This document shows positions 1-7,652 of a stretch of DNA of 32,000 nt, piece after piece; within the stretch, counting starts at the first letter, position 1; each line of letters opens with the position of its first letter. The position numbers and the translations under genes were made by a program. The stretch covers positions 1,650,001 through 1,682,000 of the forward strand of contig NC_008789.1 of NCBI RefSeq assembly GCF_000015585.1, written 5' to 3'. The stretch comes from Halorhodospira halophila SL1. GTDB lineage: Bacteria > Pseudomonadota > Gammaproteobacteria > Nitrococcales > Halorhodospiraceae. Below the pieces are notes generated by a model. That model was given only the letters and a program-made list of their open reading frames with translations, did no database searches and was not told where the DNA came from.

Positions 1-218
1 TCCGGTCGCACCGTCATGCCGCCGAGCAGTGGACCGAGCACCGAATCCGTATCGACGTAGACCTCGCTCGACGCCTCGTAGGTGTCGGGGAGGGCGTGGA
101 TGTACGCCCACCCGGGTATACAGACCAGCCAAGCGATGGGAAGGATCCACCACCGTCGACGCCAGGTCGCTCGCAGTTGGTGCAGCACTTCCTGGACGAC
201 CTGCTCCATCTGCCCCAT
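1..218 (-). CDS. Polysaccharide chain-length determinant (Wzz/EpsF-like), N-terminal fragment; the gene continues past the left edge
   Basis: Not in the ORF track because no stop falls inside the window. The minus-strand ATG at 218-216 is preceded by GGGGGAG. The frame stays open to position 1: MGQMEQVVQEVLHQLRATWRRRWWILPIAWLVCIPGWAYIHALPDTYEASSEVYVDTDSVLGPLLGGMTVRP. The WRRRW motif, TM helix and P-x-x-Y-x-A-x-x-x-V-Y-V-D pattern are typical of Wzz-family N-termini in EPS loci. Confidence 0.55.
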   Translation of the reverse strand, partial: MGQMEQVVQEVLHQLRATWRRRWWILPIAWLVCIPGWAYIHALPDTYEASSEVYVDTDSVLGPLLGGMTVRP

Positions 219-331
219 GGGTATCTGACTCCCCCAGCTTTCGTGCCGGAACCACTCTGGGGCAAGGCTAGCAGTGTCCTACGAGTCCGCAAGTTCGGTT
301 CGTAACCCTTTACAAAACCAGGACAACACCC

Positions 332-352
332 GGTGTCAGCGTTATTGACGCA
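332..352 (+). promoter_or_regulatory. Candidate enhancer (UAS) dyad for the PilZ-gene sigma-54 promoter
   Basis: GGTGTC-AGCGTTATT-GACGCA fits the YGT-N11-ACR element found upstream of five other sigma-54-type promoters in this window. It ends 76 nt before the -24 GG. Confidence 0.35.
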
Positions 353-426
353 AGCTTTGCACGGAAAACGCGAGGCTTTGCCGGGACACTTGCACACAGG
401 GGCTGAAGGGGATGACGACGACCGCT

Positions 427-442
427 TGGCACGGCACATGCA
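427..442 (+). promoter_or_regulatory. Sigma-54 (-24/-12) promoter upstream of the PilZ gene
   Basis: TGGCACGGCACATGCA matches TGGCACG-N4-TTGCW with correct GG-N10-GC spacing. It lies 108 nt upstream of the GTG at 550. Confidence 0.6.
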
Positions 443-500
443 GACCGGCCCCCGGCAATAGGCATTCGTAAGATCGCCGTTGCCCTGGACGCATAACCAC

Positions 501-545
501 GAACATCCATGAACCTCGGAGAACATCCACGACCCTCGGAGAACT
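501..545 (+). repeat. 20-bp tandem direct repeat (2.25 copies) in the 5' leader of the PilZ gene
   Basis: GAACATCCATGAACCTCGGA (501-520), GAACATCCACGACCCTCGGA (521-540) and GAACT (541-545). The second copy supplies the GGAG Shine-Dalgarno for the GTG at 550. Confidence 0.85.
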
Positions 546-549
546 TAAC

Positions 550-1119
550 GTGAACGCCCTCGACCTGGCAGAGGAGTTGGCCGATTTCTGGCTCCCGGTA
601 CTGGCGAAGCGCTCCTGGGAGGTGCGTGCCGACATGCTGGAGCAGATCCTTGGGCAGTTGGCGGACGACACCCCCGACCCCATGCTCTACCGCCGCCTGG
701 TCGCGTTTTTCCTGGCGACCGCGATCGATCGCCTTGCGGCCGATGAGCCGGTCGCCAGCCAGGCGCAGGCACGGATCTACATCCAGTCGGCCGATCCGAA
801 GCACCGCGCAATGGCCCTGGAACGCTTCCCCGAGGTCCACTCACGCCCTGCGTGGCGCGGCCACCCCCGTAACAACCCCCTGGACCGACGGGCCGCCCCG
901 CGACACCGCCTAACCGCCGAAGCAGGCATCGAAGCCGCCCGTACCAAGATCACGTGTCGGATCCACAATATCTCAAAGTCCGGAGCCCTAATTACCCTAC
1001 ATTTAATGCTTCAACCAAGCGATGAGGTTCACCTGACGCTGCGATCTCGCGACCAGCCGATAAACGGTCAGGTGGCGCGGGTTTCCGATCATGGCTGTGG
1101 CATCCTGTTCTGCGCATAA
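550..1119 (+). CDS. PilZ-domain (c-di-GMP-binding type) protein with an uncharacterised N-terminal domain
   Basis: GTG start with GGAG 8 nt upstream. The C-terminal region carries the two PilZ signatures: RRAAPR (RxxxR) and NISKSG (D/N-x-S-x-x-G). Confidence 0.7.
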   Translation: MNALDLAEELADFWLPVLAKRSWEVRADMLEQILGQLADDTPDPMLYRRLVAFFLATAIDRLAADEPVASQAQARIYIQSADPKHRAMALERFPEVHSRPAWRGHPRNNPLDRRAAPRHRLTAEAGIEAARTKITCRIHNISKSGALITLHLMLQPSDEVHLTLRSRDQPINGQVARVSDHGCGILFCA

Positions 1120-1309
1120 AGGAGACCTCGCGAGAACACCGGCCATCGCTCCGAGACTCGTCGCGAGCGCGAGTCCTTTACCCCACCGATAATATCGTTT
1201 TTACCTTAAATGACCCACCACGCTGCCGTGACGATGCTGTAGCATATTCATCGGTCCGATTCACGTTCAACCCCAAACGTCATGAGGATGAGGACAATTG
1301 GAGTTCGCG

Positions 1310-2032
1310 ATGTCATCCCCCTACTCCCGCTACAAGGTCATCCTGGCGACCGAAGATCAGGCGCGGTGCGCCCATTTCCAGTTACGATACATGGTTTATT
1401 GCGAAAAGAAGCAATATGAATCTTCAAGCCTTTTCCCGGATGGATATGAACGTGACGACCACGACAGTCACGCGCTCCACCTGCTTCTAAAATACACACC
1501 ACCGGGATCCCAGACGAATCGAAACGTGGGCACGATTCGTCTAATAAAAGGCGGAAACAAACCTCTTCCGATCGAGAACATCTCCGACCTGAACAGCAAT
1601 GAATTCACGAATGAATATAGTGGCGAGCTCTCGCGACTCGCTATCCATGAAGTGCCTTCAGGCCACGACACCCTCCCGCTGTTTATCCTCTGCCGTGCTG
1701 CACAGCACCACGCCAGGGGGTGTGGGATATCACGGCTATACTTCCTCGCTCGACCGGCGCTGGCCCGACATCTAACCCGTAACCATTTACCCTTCGAGCA
1801 GGCTGGTTCGCCTTGCTATCACCGCGGCCGCCGCATACCGTACGCGATGGACGTAAATGGCTTTGCTCGGGGGTTAGCGCGGTGGGAAAAGAAACTCATA
1901 AAACAGAAATTAGCCCCATCAAGTAAAACTGAAACCCTCCACGCCTACCAACATCCTAATAGACTTTCTGACATGGTTCCGAACGGCTGCCTGCAGACGA
2001 AGGGAATGCCGGAACCCAAAAAGGCGATATAA
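1310..2032 (+). CDS. PEP-CTERM/exosortase-system-associated acyltransferase (LuxI/FeeM-like N-acyl amino acid synthase fold), copy A
   Basis: FQLRYMVYCEKK...ERDDHD...GTIRLI...ELSRLAIHE matches the pattern of the exosortase-associated acyltransferase family (TIGR03694-like, from memory). ATG 1310 with GGAG 6 nt upstream is preferred over TTG 1298. GC is visibly lower than in neighbouring genes. Confidence 0.7.
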   Translation: MSSPYSRYKVILATEDQARCAHFQLRYMVYCEKKQYESSSLFPDGYERDDHDSHALHLLLKYTPPGSQTNRNVGTIRLIKGGNKPLPIENISDLNSNEFTNEYSGELSRLAIHEVPSGHDTLPLFILCRAAQHHARGCGISRLYFLARPALARHLTRNHLPFEQAGSPCYHRGRRIPYAMDVNGFARGLARWEKKLIKQKLAPSSKTETLHAYQHPNRLSDMVPNGCLQTKGMPEPKKAI

Positions 2033-2088
2033 GGACGACAGCATGGATTACATCGACTCCCGCCAGGCCAACAAGAGAACCAAAACCC

Positions 2089-2937
2089 ATGGATCGAAAC
2101 GAGCTAGTGAATCAATTCCAAGCCTATTTCGAGTATCAAGTAGCGCTGACACCGGAACAGCGCAGGGAGGCGTTCCAGCTCCGCTACGATGTCTACTGCA
2201 TGGAATACGGCTACGAAGACCCGTCGGACCACCCGGATGGGCAAGAGCAGGATGACTTCGACGAGAGCGCGTTAATTTGTACCGTACGGCACACTCAGAC
2301 CGGCCGCTTGGCCGGGTGCTTCCGGATTATCCTACCCGGAATGGAACCGTCTGAGCCTGAAAGGCTTCAAATGGAGGTGGACTGCACCGAAACCCTGTAC
2401 ACAAATGGTCGATTAGACTCGGGGCGGCACCCAAAGAATCTCCGACGCGATTCGGTTTGTGAAGTATCCCGCCTTGCTATCCACACCGACTTCCGCAAAC
2501 GCCCCGGCGAAAAGCAGACACGAATGGGTGCCGTTGACTGGCTTGACCTGCCCGAGGACCAGCGCCTTGCACACCTAAGGACCTTCCCGCTCCTTGGTTC
2601 CAGCCTGTTCTCCGCCGTCGCATACACCTGTGGACGGCTGGGACGAGATCACATCTTCGCGGTAATGGAACCACGTCTGGCTCGTCTACTTACCCGGGAA
2701 GGGATACGCTTCCAGCAGATTGGCGATGTCATGGAATACCATGGCGAGGAGCGCGCAGCATACTACAACTCACTGGAAAAATTCGTTGTGGAGACCGTTG
2801 CCTCCCCGCTGCTGAGACCACTCTATCGGATGGGGGAAAACCAGCTTGCACCAGGCTTGACGGTCTGGCTTGAGCGGCTTCGGAGCCATTCAAACGAGCA
2901 CTCGTGTGGCCGTAGGCCGGACAACAAGGTAAGCTGA
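2089..2937 (+). CDS. PEP-CTERM/exosortase-system-associated acyltransferase (LuxI/FeeM-like), copy B
   Basis: FQLRYDVYCMEYGYE...EQDDFDE...GCFRII...EVSRLAIHTDFRKR is paralogous to copy A. It has a longer insert between the conserved blocks. Confidence 0.75.
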   Translation: MDRNELVNQFQAYFEYQVALTPEQRREAFQLRYDVYCMEYGYEDPSDHPDGQEQDDFDESALICTVRHTQTGRLAGCFRIILPGMEPSEPERLQMEVDCTETLYTNGRLDSGRHPKNLRRDSVCEVSRLAIHTDFRKRPGEKQTRMGAVDWLDLPEDQRLAHLRTFPLLGSSLFSAVAYTCGRLGRDHIFAVMEPRLARLLTREGIRFQQIGDVMEYHGEERAAYYNSLEKFVVETVASPLLRPLYRMGENQLAPGLTVWLERLRSHSNEHSCGRRPDNKVS

Positions 2938-2938
2938 C

Positions 2939-3802
2939 ATGGCCCTCTTCGAATACCAGACCGCATTCAAGAGAACACTCGGGTGGATCACCGAGCAGGA
3001 GCAGGACACGCTTCGCAAAGCCACTGTGGCTATCGCAGGGCTAGGGGGTGTGGGAGGGAGCCACCTACTGACCCTAGCGCGGCTTGGCATCGGACGCTTT
3101 GCCGTCGCGGATTACGACGTCTTTGAACTGCACAACATGAACCGCCAGGCCGGCGCAACCATCAGCGCGCTGGGTCGGCCAAAAGTCGATGTGCTCTGCG
3201 AAAAAGCGCTCGACATCAACCCAGAGCTGGAGATCGAGCGATTCCCGAACGGGATTGACGCAGGCAATGTGGATCGGTTCCTTGATGGCGCTGACGTCTA
3301 CGTCGATGGCCTCGACTTCTTTGTCTACGATATACGGCAGCTGGTCTTTCGGCAGGCGGCCACTCGCCATATCCCTGCCTTCACCGCAGCGCCGCTGGGC
3401 ATGAGCGTCGCGTTCCTGGCGTTCCACCCCGGCGGGATCTCCTTCGAGCGCTATTTCCAGCTCGACCCGGAACTCGAAGAGGACGAAAAGGCTTTGCGGT
3501 TCATGCTGGGCCTTGCCCCTTCAGGACTCCACGCGGCTTCCTTGATCAACCCCTCCGCCATTGACCTCAAAGGGCAGTCGGGGCCATCCACCCCCATGGC
3601 CTGTGAACTCTGCGCCGGGGTCATGGGCACCGAGGTCCTCAAATGGCTCCTCCAGCGAGGTACCACCTACTGGGCCCCTTGGGCGGTGCAATTCGATGCC
3701 TACCGGATGAGGGTGCGGCGCACTTGGCGGCCCGGCGGCAACGCCCACCCCGTCCAACGCCTGGGCCTTTGGCTGGCAAGGCGCCGCCTGCTCGGGCAAT
3801 GA
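2939..3802 (+). CDS. ThiF/MoeB/E1-like adenylyltransferase, stand-alone
   Basis: Rossmann nucleotide loop AIAGLGGVGGSHLL, then DYDVFELHNMNRQ (the E1/ThiF D-x-D...N-L-N-R-Q block). Its ATG lies 1 nt after the TGA of the upstream acyltransferase (TGAcATG). Confidence 0.8.
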   Translation: MALFEYQTAFKRTLGWITEQEQDTLRKATVAIAGLGGVGGSHLLTLARLGIGRFAVADYDVFELHNMNRQAGATISALGRPKVDVLCEKALDINPELEIERFPNGIDAGNVDRFLDGADVYVDGLDFFVYDIRQLVFRQAATRHIPAFTAAPLGMSVAFLAFHPGGISFERYFQLDPELEEDEKALRFMLGLAPSGLHAASLINPSAIDLKGQSGPSTPMACELCAGVMGTEVLKWLLQRGTTYWAPWAVQFDAYRMRVRRTWRPGGNAHPVQRLGLWLARRRLLGQ

Positions 3803-3852
3803 TCCATTGTGCTGGTGCGCTGCGCCCCTCCTTCTTTTGCCCCTGATTCCCT

Positions 3853-6123
3853 CTAAGCGGATACCCGCCCCAGACTAAGCCTCGGAAAGCGCTTCGCAAG
3901 CACCGTGACTATCGCCGGCATGAGGAGCAAGTCGAAGAGCAGTGCCGCGACCAGACCGATGGCCGTAAGCAGACCAAAGGCCGCGGTTGGCTGGAAGTCT
4001 GAAGCAGCCAGAACCAGGAACTGCGCACACAGGACAATAGTCGTCGCCGTTACCGCCCGGCCCGTATGCTGCAACGCCCGGGCCAATGCAGCAACGACAC
4101 TGCTCCCTCTGCGCCGATAGAAGAGGAACCCGTGGTAGGTGTGGATGGTATCGTCCACCGCGATGCCGATTGCCACACTCGCCACCATGGCCGTCGCCAT
4201 ATCGAGCCAGACGCCGAAGGCCCCCATGACAATGAAGATGACCAGCAACGGAGATAGATTCGTCAGCATGGTCACAGAAGCCGCCGCCGCCGAGCGCCAG
4301 AGGACCAACATCAACACCGAGATCATCACGGCCACGGCAATGAGGCTACGAAGCTGCCCCTCTATGAGCAGTTCTTCCTGTTCGGCAAAGAGCCGCCCCA
4401 TCCCGGAGAGCTCCCAATCCAGAACCTCAACGCTCGAGTCAAGCTCCCCCCGAAACGCCTCAAGAGTCTGACCGATTTCGCGAGCGCCGGTGACGTTCAG
4501 GTTCATCAGGACGATGGCCCGCGTGAAATCCCGATTGACCAGGTCGTAGAGATCTCGCCCGTCGTATACGAACAGGTACTGGGCAATCAGATCTTGCCGA
4601 CCGGGCAGGGTCCGGAACTCCGGATCCTCGTCGTGGAACGCCCAGTGCATCTCCTCGAGCATATCCACCATCGATAGGGCGTAGTCCACCTCCTCCCGCT
4701 GTTCGGCCCAGCGCTGGAAGTCCCGAATCTCCTGCAAGGCAGCCGGATCCTGCAGCCCGTCGATAGCCTCGGCGTCGAAAACCGCCTCCACCACCATCAC
4801 ACCGGAGAGCGCGTCTTCGACCTTGCGGGTGTCTTGGGTGATGGGATGGCCCGCCGGGAAGAACTCGTAGAGATCACTCTCGACTTCGATCTTCGTGATC
4901 AGCGGCGCCGTCGCTGCAATCGCCAACGCGCTGACTGCGACGATCCAGCCCGCCCGACGCAGCGCGAATCCACGAGCCGCCTTAAGGATCGCGTCGAGGC
5001 CACCGATCCCGCGGCGCGGCAGCGACCAATTGCCGCGGTCGAAACGCGCGAGCAATGGTGGCAAAAGCACCATAACGACACAGTAGGCTAGGAGTACGCC
5101 GAACGCTGCGGTATACCCCAGGCTCTCGATGGGACGGATCGGACTCAGTGTGAGCGACAACAGCCCCGCAGCCGTTGTCAGAGCGGTAAACAATGCCGGC
5201 CTAGAGACCCTTTCCAAGCTATAGGCCAGCGCGCTTTCCTCGGTGTAGCCGCGTCGATGCGCGTGGCTCAGCGCGTTGAACAGGTGCATCAGCATTGCCA
5301 CCGTCAGCGCGGCCAGCAACGGTGGCAATATGGACGTCACCAGGGTATACGGATGACCCAGCAGCACCATCAGCGCCAGCGCAGGCGAGACGACCGCACC
5401 AATCGCCGCCCCTCCGGCAACCACCACCAGCCATCGCCGGAACATCCAGAACAGCAGTCCGAGGCCTACCGCTGTGGTGGCCGGAATAAAGACGGCGCTA
5501 TCCCGCAGCATGGAGCGCAGTTGCCAGACATCCAGCGCGACGTGGCCGGCAACCGCCTGTAGCCGCTCATCCAGGCCGGCCTCGGCCACCGCCTCGCGGA
5601 AGGCCCGCTCAAGCTCCAGCCGCTGCAGACTGTCTTCCAGTTCAGTCGGGCGCACGATGATCGCCAGGGCCGAACTATCCCGCGCAGCCAGCAACCCCGG
5701 TGCAAAACGATCTGCCCGGACGTGCTCCTGCCACTGACTCCCGCTCCGTTCTGGAATGGCGCCCGGGGGGACGATCTTCTCGACCGTGAAGCCATCGTCG
5801 ACGGCCCGAATCTGATCGAATGACGTTACACCCAGCACTCGCTCGACCTGCCGGTTCTCCTCCAGGTGTTGGATAAGCTCATGGAGCGCGCTAAGATTCT
5901 CGGGCTCGTAGATCTCCTCGCCGCCGAACAGGCCGACCAGGACCTGCTCCTCCGGGAACTCCTCGCGCACCGAAGCGTCGAAAAGGACGGCCGGTGCCTC
6001 CTTGGGAAAGTACGACTCCGGCGCATTGTCGAAGGTCAGGTTGAGCACGAGCGGGCCTGGCGCCAGCAGCAGCAACGCAAACAAGGTCGCCGCCAACCAC
6101 CGCGGCAAAGTCATACGCCTCAA
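3853..6123 (-). CDS. MMPL/RND-superfamily exporter (HpnN/MmpL-like lipid transporter type)
   Basis: 756 aa. It has an N-terminal TM helix and two large hydrophilic domains, each followed by a cluster of hydrophobic helices (about residues 210-400 and 590-745). TTG 6123 overlaps the upstream stop (TTGA); ATG 6114 is an alternative start. Confidence 0.75.
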   Translation of the reverse strand: MRRMTLPRWLAATLFALLLLAPGPLVLNLTFDNAPESYFPKEAPAVLFDASVREEFPEEQVLVGLFGGEEIYEPENLSALHELIQHLEENRQVERVLGVTSFDQIRAVDDGFTVEKIVPPGAIPERSGSQWQEHVRADRFAPGLLAARDSSALAIIVRPTELEDSLQRLELERAFREAVAEAGLDERLQAVAGHVALDVWQLRSMLRDSAVFIPATTAVGLGLLFWMFRRWLVVVAGGAAIGAVVSPALALMVLLGHPYTLVTSILPPLLAALTVAMLMHLFNALSHAHRRGYTEESALAYSLERVSRPALFTALTTAAGLLSLTLSPIRPIESLGYTAAFGVLLAYCVVMVLLPPLLARFDRGNWSLPRRGIGGLDAILKAARGFALRRAGWIVAVSALAIAATAPLITKIEVESDLYEFFPAGHPITQDTRKVEDALSGVMVVEAVFDAEAIDGLQDPAALQEIRDFQRWAEQREEVDYALSMVDMLEEMHWAFHDEDPEFRTLPGRQDLIAQYLFVYDGRDLYDLVNRDFTRAIVLMNLNVTGAREIGQTLEAFRGELDSSVEVLDWELSGMGRLFAEQEELLIEGQLRSLIAVAVMISVLMLVLWRSAAAASVTMLTNLSPLLVIFIVMGAFGVWLDMATAMVASVAIGIAVDDTIHTYHGFLFYRRRGSSVVAALARALQHTGRAVTATTIVLCAQFLVLAASDFQPTAAFGLLTAIGLVAALLFDLLLMPAIVTVLAKRFPRLSLGRVSA

Positions 6124-7652
6124 AACCGTCCCCTCCAGCCTGTCATGATGACGTCGTTATCCTGGTGGAACCCGCCGGCCGTCTCTTCCGCACCTTCGAA
6201 ATAGTGCGCCGACACGTAGAGTTCATGGGGTTCCCAGTCCACCCAGGCCACCTCCGGATTCAGGTAGATGTCCCGCTCATCGAGCCCGATCGCATAACGA
6301 AGCCTCGCCCGGAGACGCCGCTGCCAGGGCCGCCCCTCGATCTCGCCATTGAGGGTGACTTCATCGGCACGTTCCAGTAGGGACGGCGCATCAAGGTAGT
6401 GGCTGCCAACCAGCTGCACGTTCACTCGCAAATCCCCGTCCCCTGGAAACACCTCGGCCCCCACACCCCAATTGAAGGCCTCGAAATCCTCGCGCACGAA
6501 ATCTTCCTGCCGGGTCCCCGGCACGTCGCTGAGCCATACCGCTTCGGCGCGGTAGGTGACTCCGCCAGCGTCGATTGCACCGTCCACGCCGACCAGATAA
6601 CTGCGCGGATGGACCGCACGAAAGGTGTAATCGCCGGCCTGCACGGCCTCCTCCGGATCATCGAGGGCTCCGCGTGCCTCATCGCTCAACTCGTAGTACG
6701 GCGCGGAATGCCGGAAACGCTTGAACGTCGCAGCAGCGTCCCAGCCACGTCCGCCTCGGCTGACCCGAAGCCCGGCGCCGCCCTCGCCGTCGGTCTCTTC
6801 GACAAACCGCCCGTCTCGCACCAGATCCTGGAATTGGGGCTCCGACGGCAGGCCCAGAAAACGCCCACGCTGGCGATCAACCGGATGCCAGACGCTATCG
6901 CGATCCGGCATTTCCGCCTCCCGGAACCACGGCACCACCACGGCGTCGAACTCCCAACCGTTGGTGAAGAGCTGCCCACGAACCGCGGGAGCGGCGCGAC
7001 GCCGCTCACTGAGGTCGTCCAGGACAAAGCGTGACAGGTCCTCGACGCTCAGTCGGTCGGTCGGCGAGACCTCATCGATCCGGCCCCAGACCACCTGTTG
7101 CGCACCAGCGGTCAGACGCCATCCGCGACCCCGGTAGCGGAGGTACACCTCCCCGTAGTCGACATCGATCTCCTCGACACGTGGGCCCCCGCGCTGGTAA
7201 TGACCGTCCACGCGGCTCTCCACGCGAGCGCTCCAGGGGCCCCGGGGTTGCCAGTCCGCACGTCCTAGCAGGTGCCCGTGGTAGACCAGGTCGGCGTAAG
7301 AGGCACTGCGCGGCAGCCAACCCGCGTCCAGACGCACACTTTCGACTCCGAACGCCCAGTCCTCCGGGAGCCATGCCTCCGGTTGTGGCTTGTCCTCGTC
7401 GACGGCCTCCGGCGACGGATCGCCGATGCGTATACCGCCGTCGCCCTCGGCCCCGTTTTCCGCGAGCCGCCGCGACGGCTCCAAAGCCTCAAACTCCCCC
7501 CGGACCGGCTCCACCGAGTCACCGGCCGCATCGCCACGATCACCTATTGAGGCCAAGGCCACCCCATTAACCCCGATGGACGCCGACCCGAGCCCTAGCA
7601 CCACCAGCAGCGTCCGACACCGCGGAATGGGCCGGTCAAGGGCGGTAGGCAC
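6120..7652 (-). CDS. Putative outer-membrane beta-barrel protein (DUF1302-like)
   Basis: The protein ends in ...TGWRGRF, a C-terminal Phe typical of the OMP beta-signal. It is rich in alternating aromatic and charged strands and contains an AGAQQVVWGRIDE block. GTG 7652, preceded by GGGGGG, gives a signal-like N-terminus, MPTALDRPIPRCRTLLVVLGLGSASIGVNGVALA. The longer ORF-track start at 7784 would overlap the upstream gene by about 150 nt. Confidence 0.5.
   Translation of the reverse strand: MPTALDRPIPRCRTLLVVLGLGSASIGVNGVALASIGDRGDAAGDSVEPVRGEFEALEPSRRLAENGAEGDGGIRIGDPSPEAVDEDKPQPEAWLPEDWAFGVESVRLDAGWLPRSASYADLVYHGHLLGRADWQPRGPWSARVESRVDGHYQRGGPRVEEIDVDYGEVYLRYRGRGWRLTAGAQQVVWGRIDEVSPTDRLSVEDLSRFVLDDLSERRRAAPAVRGQLFTNGWEFDAVVVPWFREAEMPDRDSVWHPVDRQRGRFLGLPSEPQFQDLVRDGRFVEETDGEGGAGLRVSRGGRGWDAAATFKRFRHSAPYYELSDEARGALDDPEEAVQAGDYTFRAVHPRSYLVGVDGAIDAGGVTYRAEAVWLSDVPGTRQEDFVREDFEAFNWGVGAEVFPGDGDLRVNVQLVGSHYLDAPSLLERADEVTLNGEIEGRPWQRRLRARLRYAIGLDERDIYLNPEVAWVDWEPHELYVSAHYFEGAEETAGGFHQDNDVIMTGWRGRF

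Noticed and set aside
234-248. Minus-strand CGGCACGAAAGCTGG upstream of the Wzz-like gene, considered as a sigma-54 promoter.
   Set aside because: The -12 position reads GG, not GC. The predicted start site would fall only a few nucleotides from ATG 218, removing the Shine-Dalgarno sequence.
1120-1309. CTTTACCCC (1176-1184) upstream of acyltransferase A resembles the right half of the dyad.
   Set aside because: The left half does not fit (there is no YGT at the correct spacing), and no GG-N10-GC element follows within 120 nt.
2043-2255. 70-aa ORF considered as a possible ubiquitin-like or peptide partner for the ThiF-like enzyme.
   Set aside because: It overlaps the start of acyltransferase B out of frame, ends in ...RAG rather than Gly-Gly, and has no RBS and an Arg/Pro-rich composition.
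3803-3852. Possible terminator hairpin in the 50-nt gap between the convergent ThiF and MMPL genes.
   Set aside because: Only short, imperfect GC pairing (GGTGCGC/GCGCCC) is present. CTTCTTTTG follows it, but I could not draw a convincing stem.
7031-7570. Long Pro/Arg/Ala-rich ORFs overlapping real genes out of frame or antisense. Examples are 7031-7570, 10267-10989, 11497-12264, 14083-14733, 23826-24758, 24025-25155 and 29072-29797.
   Set aside because: These are the usual artefact of high GC, where stop codons are scarce in the wrong frames. They have low-complexity composition, no motifs and no RBS. Each lies inside a gene that has clear family signatures.
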